Shown here piece by piece: positions 17,134 to 26,161 of a stretch of 51,208 bases of DNA. Numbering within the stretch: position 1 is the first letter of the stretch; each line of letters opens with the position of its first letter. The DNA is taken from contig CANHTS010000002.1 of assembly GCA_947463435.1 (NCBI GenBank), forward strand, positions 1-51,208, written 5' to 3'. Under the pieces are notes generated by a model. It was not told where the DNA came from, did not search any database, and saw only the letters and a list, made by a program, of their open reading frames with translations. A program made the position numbers and the translations under genes. This DNA is from Flavobacteriales bacterium. Lineage in GTDB: Bacteria; Bacteroidota; Bacteroidia; NS11-12g; UBA955.

Positions 17134-18306
17134 GTGACCAACGAAGTTAAGGTTTGCGCCAAGTGCGTCCTGGATACGCATGATGTTCCCGATCTGAAGC
17201 TGGATCAGGAAGGTATATGTCAGTATTGCCGCCGGTTCGAGACGGAATATTTGAACAACCCATTGGGTGAGCAGGAAAAAGTTCACCTGCTGGACAAAAT
17301 GAAGGATACCATCCGCAAGGCGGGCAAAGGCAAGAAATACGATTGCATCCTGGGCCTGAGCGGTGGCGTTGATAGTTCGTACATGGCCTATCTGGCGAAA
17401 GACTGGGGCCTTCGTCCGCTCATCGTGCATTTCGACAATGGTTGGAATTCGGAGTTGGCCGTGAAGAATATCGAAAGCATCATTGCTTACACCGGTTTCG
17501 ATTTGTACACGCATGTGGTGAACTGGGATGAGTTTCGCTCCCTCCAGCTCGCCTATATTAAATCGGGCGTGCTTGACTGGGAAGTGCCGACAGATCACGG
17601 TTTCATGGGTGCCCTTTTCCGAGCAGCGAAGAAGGAAGGCATCAAGCACATCCTCACGGGCACCAATCACCAGACCGAAGGCATCCTTCCCAAGAGCATG
17701 TCATCCAACAAAGACGACAGCATCAATATCCTCGACATTGCCCGGAAGTTCGGCGCACAGCCTTTCAAGACCTATCCCTTTGTCGGTCCGCTGCGCCATA
17801 TTTACTACACCGAAATCTACGGTTTCGAGCGCCATGCGCCGCTGAACTGGATCGATTACCATAAAGACAGGGCCAAGGAAACCATCATCCGCGAGATGGG
17901 CTGGCGCGATTATGGTGGCAAGCATTACGAATCTGTTTTCACGCGTTTTTACCAGGGCTATGTGTTGCCGGTGAAGTATGGCGTCGACAAGCGCAAAGCG
18001 CACTTTGCCTCCCTGATCAATTCTGGACAGATGACACGCGAGGAGGCCATGGAAATACTGAAGACAGATCCTTACGGCAATGAAGACCTCAAATGGCAGG
18101 ATTTTGAATTCGTAGCCAAGAAGCTCGGCATGAGCCAGGAGGAACTCCATGCCATACTTGCCGAGAAGCCGGTTTCGCACCAGCATTACCGCACCATTTA
18201 CCATTCGTCATACCGCAATATCCGGCGCTGGGTCAAACTCGGCCTCTACTATACTTCCGCTTCCACCTGGAAACGGAAAATCCGCAGCCTGCTCAAGCGC
18301 GGCTGA
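17134..18306 (+). CDS. N-acetyl sugar amidotransferase (WbuX/WbpG/PseA-type PP-loop enzyme, acetamidino-forming)
   Basis: N-terminal CxxC...CxxC (CAKCVLD...GICQYC), PP-loop LGLSGGVDSSYMAY, and HFDNGWNSELAVKNIE. GTG start. Confidence 0.82.
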   Translation: MTNEVKVCAKCVLDTHDVPDLKLDQEGICQYCRRFETEYLNNPLGEQEKVHLLDKMKDTIRKAGKGKKYDCILGLSGGVDSSYMAYLAKDWGLRPLIVHFDNGWNSELAVKNIESIIAYTGFDLYTHVVNWDEFRSLQLAYIKSGVLDWEVPTDHGFMGALFRAAKKEGIKHILTGTNHQTEGILPKSMSSNKDDSINILDIARKFGAQPFKTYPFVGPLRHIYYTEIYGFERHAPLNWIDYHKDRAKETIIREMGWRDYGGKHYESVFTRFYQGYVLPVKYGVDKRKAHFASLINSGQMTREEAMEILKTDPYGNEDLKWQDFEFVAKKLGMSQEELHAILAEKPVSHQHYRTIYHSSYRNIRRWVKLGLYYTSASTWKRKIRSLLKRG

Positions 18307-18317
18307 TCTCTCCTTTC

Positions 18318-19538
18318 ATGGGTAACAAGGCCCTCAAGGTTTACTATTGCTATACTTCCGGCGGAACAACCTCGTCTTCAGTACAGGATAAGATTGGGTC
18401 GCAGATCCACGCCTTGCGTGCAGCCGGTGTGGATTGCCGCGGTGTGTATTTCACCACAGCGGTGGAACAGGAAACGCCGCTTGGCGAAGCCATCACACTC
18501 CTGCCGGTGCGCCGTTCCACAAGCCGTTGGTTCCGTCCGATAGACCAGGCGGCCATCACCCTGCGCACCATGGATGCATGGTTGCAGGCACATGCCGCCG
18601 ATGCCGACTTCATCTACCTTCGTTATCCGGGTGCTTCGGCCGCGCTTTTCCGCATGGCGAAACGCTTGGGGAGGAAGCTGATATCCGAGCACCAAGGCAA
18701 GGAAATCATTGAAATACTGGAAGCCAAAGGACAGCATCCGTTCGGATTGCGCCCTTCGAAACTCCTCAGCTGGCTGCTGTTCCAGTTTCTTCCGATTTAC
18801 AACGAGCGGCGCTATGGAAACCGTTTTGCGCAACGCATCGGCGCAATCGTTACCGTGACCCATGAACTGGCTGCCTATCAACGTGCCAAGGGTTGTGAGA
18901 AGGTGACGGTAATTCCCAATGGCATCGACACCGCGCGTTTTCCGGTGCGCAATGCACCGGCCTTGGGCGACCATATCAACCTGCTCTTCCTGAAAGGAAC
19001 ATCCACGCTTGCCAGCTGGAATGGCCTGGACCGCCTGATTGCGAGCATCGATGCCTATCATGCCCAACGGCCTGAAACGGCGCATCACTTCCGCATCCTC
19101 ATTTGCGGTAAGTTCATGGAAGGCGAAATTCCAACGAGGGACTATATCGAGCATCTGGGTTATTTGCGCGGGGCGGAATTGGAAGCTGTTTTCAACCGCG
19201 CCCATCTGGCTGTTTCGACGCTTTGTTCTTACAGGCGCGGCCTGGAAGAGTCTGCCATCCTGAAAACAAGGGAATATTTTGCACGCGGCATTCCGTTCAT
19301 CTTCGCCTATACCGACGTCGATTTCGACAACAGCGAAACCGTGCGCAGCAATACGTTGCGTTTCCCAAACAGCGATGCACTGATGGACATGGCTGCCGTT
19401 GAGGTTTTTGCCCGCGGGCGCATGGCAGATCTGCAGCATCCTGCCGATATGCATGCCTGGGCCGAAGGGCAGCTCGACTATCGCATCAAAATGAAAAAAC
19501 TACGGGATTTTCTTCTCGAACTACAACAAGCATCATGA
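18318..19538 (+). CDS. Glycosyltransferase, GT-B fold (GT4-like)
   Basis: 406 aa. VTHELAAYQ...IPNGID...LLFLKG... and a degenerate EX7E region LEESAILKTREYFARGIPF. Confidence 0.6.
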   Translation: MGNKALKVYYCYTSGGTTSSSVQDKIGSQIHALRAAGVDCRGVYFTTAVEQETPLGEAITLLPVRRSTSRWFRPIDQAAITLRTMDAWLQAHAADADFIYLRYPGASAALFRMAKRLGRKLISEHQGKEIIEILEAKGQHPFGLRPSKLLSWLLFQFLPIYNERRYGNRFAQRIGAIVTVTHELAAYQRAKGCEKVTVIPNGIDTARFPVRNAPALGDHINLLFLKGTSTLASWNGLDRLIASIDAYHAQRPETAHHFRILICGKFMEGEIPTRDYIEHLGYLRGAELEAVFNRAHLAVSTLCSYRRGLEESAILKTREYFARGIPFIFAYTDVDFDNSETVRSNTLRFPNSDALMDMAAVEVFARGRMADLQHPADMHAWAEGQLDYRIKMKKLRDFLLELQQAS

Positions 19539-20554
19539 CGGTACAATTCGGAATCATCGGTTGCGGGCGCATTGCCCAGCGCCATGCGGAACACATCCAG
19601 AATAACGGCAAACTCATTGCGGTATGCGATATCGACCCCGCGAAGGCCAAAGCCATGGGTGAGCAATACGGCGCTGCGGTTTTCAACAGCGTAGACGACA
19701 TGCTGGCCGCTGGTTTAGCCATGGATGTGGTTTCCATTTGCTCTCCCAACGGATTGCATACCAAACACTCCGTTCAGTGCCTCAATGCCGGCTACCATGT
19801 GCTCTGCGAAAAGCCGCTGGCCATCCGCGTGCAGGATTGCGGCGAGATGATACAGGCAGCTGAACGCAACAACCGACGCCTTTTTGCCATCAAGCAAAAC
19901 CGCTTCAATCCACCCGTTGCGGCTGTTAAAAATGCCATCGACGAAGGCCGGCTGGGCAGGATTATGAGCGTGCAGCTCACTTGCTTCTGGAACCGCAATC
20001 CCGATTACTACGCCAATTCGTGGAAAGGCACCAAAGACCTGGATGGCGGTACTTTGTACACCCAGTTCAGTCACTTCGTAGATCTGCTCTATTGGATGGT
20101 TGGCGATGTGCGCAATGTGCAGGCTTATATGGGCAATTACGCGCACCAGGGCATTATTGAATTTGAAGACACCGGAGCCGTGATACTCGAGTTCCACAAT
20201 GGAGCCATCGGCACCATCAACTATACGGTGAACAGCTATCAGAAGAATATGGAAGGCTCGCTTACCATTTTCGGTGAAAAAGGAACGGTGAAAATCGGAG
20301 GTCAATACCTGAACGAACTCGAATACCAGAACATCGCTGATTTCCGCATCGAAAACCTTCCAGAAGGAAACAAAGCCAATAACTACGGCAATTACCAGGG
20401 ATCGATGAGCAACCACGACAAGGTGTACGAAAACCTGGTGCAGGTGTTGGAGCATAATGCCAGCATCACGACCAATGCCTTTGAAGGACTGAAGACGGTC
20501 GAGATCATTGACAAGATTTACCGCAGCGCCCAACACACTTCATTTGAAGCCTGA
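19535..20554 (+). CDS. Gfo/Idh/MocA-family oxidoreductase (WbpB-like UDP-sugar 3-dehydrogenase)
   Basis: FGIIGCGRIAQRH Rossmann motif and VLCEKPLA motif. ATGA overlap with the upstream gene. It is followed by acetyltransferase and aminotransferase genes. Confidence 0.82.
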   Translation: MTVQFGIIGCGRIAQRHAEHIQNNGKLIAVCDIDPAKAKAMGEQYGAAVFNSVDDMLAAGLAMDVVSICSPNGLHTKHSVQCLNAGYHVLCEKPLAIRVQDCGEMIQAAERNNRRLFAIKQNRFNPPVAAVKNAIDEGRLGRIMSVQLTCFWNRNPDYYANSWKGTKDLDGGTLYTQFSHFVDLLYWMVGDVRNVQAYMGNYAHQGIIEFEDTGAVILEFHNGAIGTINYTVNSYQKNMEGSLTIFGEKGTVKIGGQYLNELEYQNIADFRIENLPEGNKANNYGNYQGSMSNHDKVYENLVQVLEHNASITTNAFEGLKTVEIIDKIYRSAQHTSFEA

Positions 20555-20555
20555 G

Positions 20556-21026
20556 ATGCATCAACCGCGTATATTCAAATCGCACATCAAAGAGGATGTT
20601 GTTTTTGGTCCGGGTTGCACGGTAGTGGAGCCGGTAAACCTGTACGGTTGTGAGATCGGAGAGGGCACGTTCATCGGCCCTTTCACCGAGATCCAGAAAG
20701 ACGTACAAATCGGTTCATATACCAAAGTGCAGTCGCATACCTTTATTTGCGAACTGGTTACCATTGGCAGCCATTGTTTCATTGGGCACGGAGTGATGTT
20801 CATCAACGACCTATTCAGCCACGGCGGACCGGCGCGGGGGGATAAATCGCTCTGGAAAAGCACCCGTATTGGCGATCATGTTTCCATCGGTTCAAACTGC
20901 ACCATTTTACCGGTTGAAATTTGCGACCATGTGGTGATTGGCGCCGGCGCGGTGGTCACCAAATCCATTACAGAACCCGGTGTATATGCCGGCAATCCAG
21001 CAAAAAAAATCAGAAATCACTCATGA
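20556..21026 (+). CDS. Left-handed beta-helix (hexapeptide) N-acetyltransferase (WbpD-like)
   Basis: Hexapeptide repeats IGSHCFIGHGVMFIND and IGDHVSIGSNCTILPVEICDHVVIGAGAVV. ATG 20556 lies 1 nt after the upstream stop. Confidence 0.84.
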   Translation: MHQPRIFKSHIKEDVVFGPGCTVVEPVNLYGCEIGEGTFIGPFTEIQKDVQIGSYTKVQSHTFICELVTIGSHCFIGHGVMFINDLFSHGGPARGDKSLWKSTRIGDHVSIGSNCTILPVEICDHVVIGAGAVVTKSITEPGVYAGNPAKKIRNHS

Positions 21027-22135
21027 GTACCCATATTCCTTTCGTAGATCTCAAGGCCCAGTATCAGGGCATTCGGGAAGAAATTGACGCAGCTGTGTCT
21101 GCCGTTATTTCAGAAACCGCTTTCATCGGTGGCAAATATGTGAAGCAGTTTGAAGATGGCTTTGCAGCCGCATACGGCGTATCGCATGTGGTGAGCTGTG
21201 CCAATGGAACAGACTCCCTGTATATCATCATGAAGGCGCTGGGCATCGGTCCGGGCGACGAAGTAATCACCGTTGCCAACAGCTGGATTTCCAGTTCTGA
21301 AACCATCAGCCAGACCGGAGCCAGGCCGGCTTTTGTGGATATCGACCCTGTTTATTGGTCGATGGACGAAAACCTGCTCGAAGCGGCCATCAACCCGGCA
21401 ACCAAAGCGGTTATTGCGGTACACCTGCAGGGCCAGATGGTCAATATTGAACGCATTGCCGAAATCTGCGCCGCGAAGGGAATCCACCTGATTGAAGATT
21501 GCGCACAGTCGCATTTTTCCACTTTCAAGGGCAAGAAAGCCGGTCTCTTCGGCATAGCCGGTTCGTTCAGTTTTTACCCCGGCAAGAACCTCGGTGCCTA
21601 CGGCGATGCCGGAGCGCTCATCACCAACGATGCCGCCCTGGCCGAGCGTTGCCGCATGTTTGCCAACCACGGCGCCCTGGTGAAGCACCAGCACAAGATC
21701 GAAGGCATCAACAGCCGTTTAGATGGTATCCAGGCTGCCGTGCTTTCCGTAAAACTCAAGTATATCGCAAACTGGACCGCACAGCGTCAGGCTGCAGCTG
21801 CCTGGTATAACGAAGCCCTTGCCGGCATTGATGGCATCGTGCTTCCGGTGGTGCGCCCAGAAACCGAGCATACTTTCCATTTGTATATGATCAGGGCTCA
21901 GCGTCGCGAAGCGCTGATGGAGCACCTGCGCAATGAAGGCATCGATACTGCCATTCATTACCCCACGCCGCTGCCCTTGATGGAAGCTTACCAATACTTG
22001 GGTAAATCGGCAGCCGATTTCCCGGTATCAGCCGGCATGATGAACGAAATCCTTTCGCTGCCGATGTATCCGGAACTGAACCGCGAAGCAGTTGCGCGTG
22101 TAGCAGCCGCCATCCGCAGCTTTTACGCTAAGTGA
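21023..22135 (+). CDS. DegT/DnrJ/EryC1/StrS-family aminotransferase (WbpE-like)
   Basis: IPFVDLKAQYQGI..., CANGTDSL, and PLP lysine context FSFYPGKNLGAYGDAG. ATGA overlap with the upstream gene. Confidence 0.9.
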   Translation: MSTHIPFVDLKAQYQGIREEIDAAVSAVISETAFIGGKYVKQFEDGFAAAYGVSHVVSCANGTDSLYIIMKALGIGPGDEVITVANSWISSSETISQTGARPAFVDIDPVYWSMDENLLEAAINPATKAVIAVHLQGQMVNIERIAEICAAKGIHLIEDCAQSHFSTFKGKKAGLFGIAGSFSFYPGKNLGAYGDAGALITNDAALAERCRMFANHGALVKHQHKIEGINSRLDGIQAAVLSVKLKYIANWTAQRQAAAAWYNEALAGIDGIVLPVVRPETEHTFHLYMIRAQRREALMEHLRNEGIDTAIHYPTPLPLMEAYQYLGKSAADFPVSAGMMNEILSLPMYPELNREAVARVAAAIRSFYAK

Positions 22136-22175
22136 GAATTACCCGTCACGCATAAATTAGCCAGCCTTACAGGCC

Positions 22176-23639
22176 ATGCTGTTCAATTCCATTGAATTCC
22201 TGATCTTTTTCCCCTTGTTCTTCCTCCTTTACTGGGGGGTTTGCAACCGGAACCTGACAGCGCGCAACCTGCTCATCGTGGTGAGCTCGCTGATATTTTA
22301 CGGTTGGTGGGACTGGCGTTTTCTCTCATTGTTGCTCTTTACAGCCCTGAATGATTTTTTCATCGGGTTGGCCATGGAGAACAGTGCTTCAGATGGCCGC
22401 AGAAAGAACTTACTCATCTACAGCCTGGTGGTAAACCTTGGCGTGCTCGGCTTCTTCAAGTATTACAATTTCTTCATCGACAGCTTCAGGCTGGCAATGG
22501 CTTCCATCGGTGTTGATTTGCATCTCAGTACCCTGCAGATTGTATTGCCTGTGGGAATCAGCTTCTACACATTCCAGAGTCTGAGCTATACACTCGATGT
22601 GTACAAGCGCGACCTGAAGGCCACCGGAAACGTGATCCACTTTCTGGCTTTTGTGAGTTTCTTCCCGCAGCTGGTGGCCGGTCCGATCGAACGCGCCACA
22701 CATCTGCTGCCGCAGTTTAGCCGCTTGTACGCCTTCGATTTTGAAAAGGCCCGCGACGGCATGCGCCGCATTTTATGGGGCCTATTCAAGAAGGTGGTGG
22801 TTGCCGACACCTGTGCCGGGCTGGCCGATCGCATATTCAGCGCCAGCGGGCAGCTGGAAGGTTCTGTTTTGTTGCTAGGGGCAGTGTTTTTTGCTTTCCA
22901 GATTTACGGCGACTTCTCAGGTTACAGTGATATTGCCATCGGCACGGCCAAGCTTTTCGGCTTCGACCTGATGCGCAATTTCCATTTCCCGTATTTCAGC
23001 CGCAACATGGCCGAATTCTGGCAGCGCTGGCATATCTCGCTCAGCACCTGGTTCCGCGACTACCTCTATATTCCCTTGGGCGGCAGCCACCTGGGTCGGT
23101 CCAAACATATCCGCAACGTGCTGATCATCTTTACCGTGAGCGGCTTCTGGCATGGCGCCAACTGGACTTTCATAGTCTGGGGCCTCATCAACGGGCTGAT
23201 GTTCCTGCCGCTGATTTTCAAGACAAACAAGGGCATTCCCACGCCGGTTGCGGGTTACGAAAGCTGGTTGCCGTCTTTCAAGGAGCTCTTGCAAATCGGC
23301 ATTACCTTCACTGTTACCTGTCTTGCCTGGGTGTTTTTCAGGGCGAACAACATGACGGAAGCTTTGCAATACCTGGGCAATTTTGCCAAGGGTATTGGCT
23401 CCAACCCAATCGCACAGGCGCGCAGCATCGAAATCGGACTTACGGATATCGTCAGGAGCCTCTTCCTCATTGGAATTGTAGTCCTTTTTGAATGGTGGAA
23501 CCGCCGTCGAGACTTTGGTTTTGATATTGCGCGTCTGGCCATGCCTTTGCGTTGGTCGTTATATTTAGTTGCCACTTTCATGGTATTGTATTTCTTCAAT
23601 ATCAATACGGGTCGAACCTTTATCTATTTCCAATTCTGA
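22176..23639 (+). CDS. MBOAT-family membrane O-acyltransferase (AlgI/DltB-like), copy 1
   Basis: MLFNSIEFLIFFP..., PVGISFYTFQSLSY, LVAGPIERA, IYGDFSGYSDIAIG, and catalytic-His context VSGFWHGANW. Confidence 0.9.
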   Translation: MLFNSIEFLIFFPLFFLLYWGVCNRNLTARNLLIVVSSLIFYGWWDWRFLSLLLFTALNDFFIGLAMENSASDGRRKNLLIYSLVVNLGVLGFFKYYNFFIDSFRLAMASIGVDLHLSTLQIVLPVGISFYTFQSLSYTLDVYKRDLKATGNVIHFLAFVSFFPQLVAGPIERATHLLPQFSRLYAFDFEKARDGMRRILWGLFKKVVVADTCAGLADRIFSASGQLEGSVLLLGAVFFAFQIYGDFSGYSDIAIGTAKLFGFDLMRNFHFPYFSRNMAEFWQRWHISLSTWFRDYLYIPLGGSHLGRSKHIRNVLIIFTVSGFWHGANWTFIVWGLINGLMFLPLIFKTNKGIPTPVAGYESWLPSFKELLQIGITFTVTCLAWVFFRANNMTEALQYLGNFAKGIGSNPIAQARSIEIGLTDIVRSLFLIGIVVLFEWWNRRRDFGFDIARLAMPLRWSLYLVATFMVLYFFNINTGRTFIYFQF

Positions 23640-23642
23640 TGC
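23622..23642 (+). repeat. 21-nt junction repeat ATCTATTTCCAATTCTGATGC (copy 1)
   Basis: It is identical to 26141-26161 and spans the last MBOAT codons (IYFQF), the TGA and the overlapping ATG of the downstream partner gene. Confidence 0.9.
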
Positions 23643-24691
23643 GTCAGTTCCTGAAACGCCTCGCGATAGCCTTGCTTCCTGTTTTGCTGATGGGTGGCTT
23701 TAACTTTTTCCGCGACCGGGCGCATATCGTGCGCAGTGAATCCTTCATTTCAGGGGTGCGCGACAGCATGCAGGGCGGTCGGCAGGTGGCTGGTCTGGAA
23801 GATTACAACGAAAGGGCGCTCGCGCGGCAAATTGCACAGCAGTATGCCACGCAGCCGGATGTATTGATCCTCGGGTCGAGCCGTTCGGCAGAATTGACAG
23901 CCTGGATGTGCGGCGGCAAAGACGTATTGAATCTCAGTGTTTCAGGAGCCAGCTGGCAAGACCATGTGGGATTGTATATAGCGGCAGGACAAAGCGGCAA
24001 GCTGGCCTTGGTTAAAAAGCTATATCTCTGTGTCGATCCGTGGCTCTTGAATCCTAACAACGGCGAGGTACGCTGGCAGACGCTGAATGATGAAGTGGCG
24101 CGTGCCGCCCGTAACTGGCAGATCAAAGGCTACCGCAGTCCATACAGCGAACGCCAATGGATGGCCAAGCTGCGCGAGATGTTCAATCCCCTCTATGCCT
24201 GGGAGAACCTCACACAAGCGCCTGTGCCTTTCTTTGCAACCACGGATACGGTTTCAACTCATAAGCTCGTGTTTTCCAACGGCAGCATAAGGCAGCAAAA
24301 GGAAAAAGACGCGCGGGGGCTGGAAGAATCGCGCGAACGGGCCAGGGAATTTGCATCGCGGAAAGACCTGTTTCACCTCGCGAAGTTCGACCGCATGGAT
24401 TCAGCTTGTCTGCGGGCATTGGAATTCATGTTGAAGGAGTTACAGGAAAGCGGTGCCGAAGTGCATCTCTTGTTGATGCCTTTTCATCCCCTCGTTTACA
24501 CCCGCATGCAAACCGACCGCCGCTACGCCCGGGTAGCGGAGGCGGAAAACACCTTCAGGAGTATGGCCGCTGCGCAGGGCTGGCGTATTACAGGTTCATA
24601 TGATCCGGCAAGGGCAGGCATGACAGAATTGGATTTCTTTGATGGTATGCATTTGAAAAGAAGCGTGTTGACACGCCTGTTAAAACCGTAA
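23639..24691 (+). CDS. Membrane-anchored SGNH/DltD-like partner of MBOAT copy 1 (putative O-acyl transfer protein)
   Basis: N-terminal TM LAIALLPVLLMGG, Ser block LILGSSRSAEL, and C-terminal D..H block FFDGMHLK. TGATG overlap with the MBOAT gene. The family assignment is tentative. Confidence 0.55.
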   Translation: MRQFLKRLAIALLPVLLMGGFNFFRDRAHIVRSESFISGVRDSMQGGRQVAGLEDYNERALARQIAQQYATQPDVLILGSSRSAELTAWMCGGKDVLNLSVSGASWQDHVGLYIAAGQSGKLALVKKLYLCVDPWLLNPNNGEVRWQTLNDEVARAARNWQIKGYRSPYSERQWMAKLREMFNPLYAWENLTQAPVPFFATTDTVSTHKLVFSNGSIRQQKEKDARGLEESRERAREFASRKDLFHLAKFDRMDSACLRALEFMLKELQESGAEVHLLLMPFHPLVYTRMQTDRRYARVAEAENTFRSMAAAQGWRITGSYDPARAGMTELDFFDGMHLKRSVLTRLLKP

Positions 24692-24712
24692 ACCTAAGCT
24701 CCCCCGAACCCA

Positions 24713-26158
24713 ATGCTCTTCAACTCTGCTGCCTTTGCTGTCTTTCTGCTGGCGGTCTACTTGCTCTACTGGAGCATCGGTTCTAAGCAATTCCGCCTGC
24801 AGAACGTACTGATCGTGCTGGCCAGCTATGTATTCTATAGCTGGTGGGACTGGCGATTCCTCGGACTTCTGATTCTCAGTACGCTCCTTGATTTTACCTA
24901 TGGTTTCTGGGTGGCATCACCCGACCGCAGGAAGGCTAGGTTGTTCCTATGGCTGAGTATCATCAATAACTTTGGTATTCTTGCCCTCTTCAAGTATTAC
25001 AACTTCTTTGCCTCTGAATTCGCCACATTTATGGCATCCTTCGGCTGGGAAGTGCATCCTTACTTGCTTACATGGGGACTTCCGGTCGGAATTTCCTTTT
25101 ATACCTTCCACGGCATGTCATATGTATTTGACATTTACAACGGTAGGCAGAAACCGATCGGCAACTTTGTGCATTATGCGGCATTCGTTTGCTACTTCCC
25201 CTTGCTGGTTGCCGGTCCGATCGAAAGGGCCAACCACCTTTTGCCGCAGTTTCTCAAGCCAAGGGTGTTTGACATGGAGCTGGCGAAAGACGGCCTCCGG
25301 CAGATGCTATGGGGCTTTTTCAAGAAACTGGTAATGGCCGACGGCTGTGCCATAGTAGTTGACCGCATTTACCAGCATGGTGATTACAGCGAATTGGGGA
25401 GCATGAATCTGCTCTTCGCGGCTGTATTTTTTACCTTCCAGATCTACGGCGACTTTTCCGGTTACAGCGATATTGCAATGGGCTGTTCCAAACTGTTTGG
25501 CATACAGATTCTGCGCAATTTCAACTATCCTTTCTTTTCGCGGAACATTGCCGAGTTCTGGCGCCGTTGGCATCTTTCATTGTCTTCCTGGTTCAGGGAT
25601 TACCTGTATTACCCGTTGGGCGGCAGTCAGAATGGCAAGTGGATAGCGATCAGAAACACCCTGCTCGTGTTCTTTGTCAGCGGTTTCTGGCATGGTGCGA
25701 ACTGGACCTTTATCATATGGGGTATCCTCCATGGGCTGTTGTTTGCCCCGCTCATTTTTACCGGAGCCAACCGTAAGTTTACGGATGTGCCCGATCAGGG
25801 GAAAGTGTTTCCTTCCATCGGGAATATCGGCCGGATGCTGCTTACTTTCATCCTGGTCACGCTGCTGTTTGTACTCTTCCGCGCAGAAAGCATGCCCCAG
25901 GCGGGTACCTTCCTGCAGGCCATGATCAGCACACCGGGTAAAAATCCAGGAGCCCTGCTGTTGTGGCTCACGAGCACGCCGATGATTTTCGCCCTGATTG
26001 TGCTTGCTTTCGAATGGGTTGCCCGTGAAAAGGTTCATGGTTTGGACATCGCAGGTATGCCCGCATTCAGGCGCAGGTTGATCTATATGTCGATTCTGGC
26101 CTGTATCATATTCTTCAAACAACTTGAATCCCAGGAGTTCATCTATTTCCAATTCTGA
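24713..26158 (+). CDS. MBOAT-family membrane O-acyltransferase (AlgI/DltB-like), copy 2
   Basis: It is colinear with copy 1 and more than half of positions look identical by eye: MLFNSAAF.., PVGISFYTFHGMSY, LVAGPIERA, IYGDFSGYSDIAMG, VSGFWHGANW. It has the same C-terminus FIYFQF. Confidence 0.9.
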   Translation: MLFNSAAFAVFLLAVYLLYWSIGSKQFRLQNVLIVLASYVFYSWWDWRFLGLLILSTLLDFTYGFWVASPDRRKARLFLWLSIINNFGILALFKYYNFFASEFATFMASFGWEVHPYLLTWGLPVGISFYTFHGMSYVFDIYNGRQKPIGNFVHYAAFVCYFPLLVAGPIERANHLLPQFLKPRVFDMELAKDGLRQMLWGFFKKLVMADGCAIVVDRIYQHGDYSELGSMNLLFAAVFFTFQIYGDFSGYSDIAMGCSKLFGIQILRNFNYPFFSRNIAEFWRRWHLSLSSWFRDYLYYPLGGSQNGKWIAIRNTLLVFFVSGFWHGANWTFIIWGILHGLLFAPLIFTGANRKFTDVPDQGKVFPSIGNIGRMLLTFILVTLLFVLFRAESMPQAGTFLQAMISTPGKNPGALLLWLTSTPMIFALIVLAFEWVAREKVHGLDIAGMPAFRRRLIYMSILACIIFFKQLESQEFIYFQF

Positions 26159-26161
26159 TGC
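26141..26161 (+). repeat. 21-nt junction repeat ATCTATTTCCAATTCTGATGC (copy 2)
   Basis: It is identical to 23622-23642 and occupies the same position relative to the MBOAT stop and the partner start. Confidence 0.9.
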
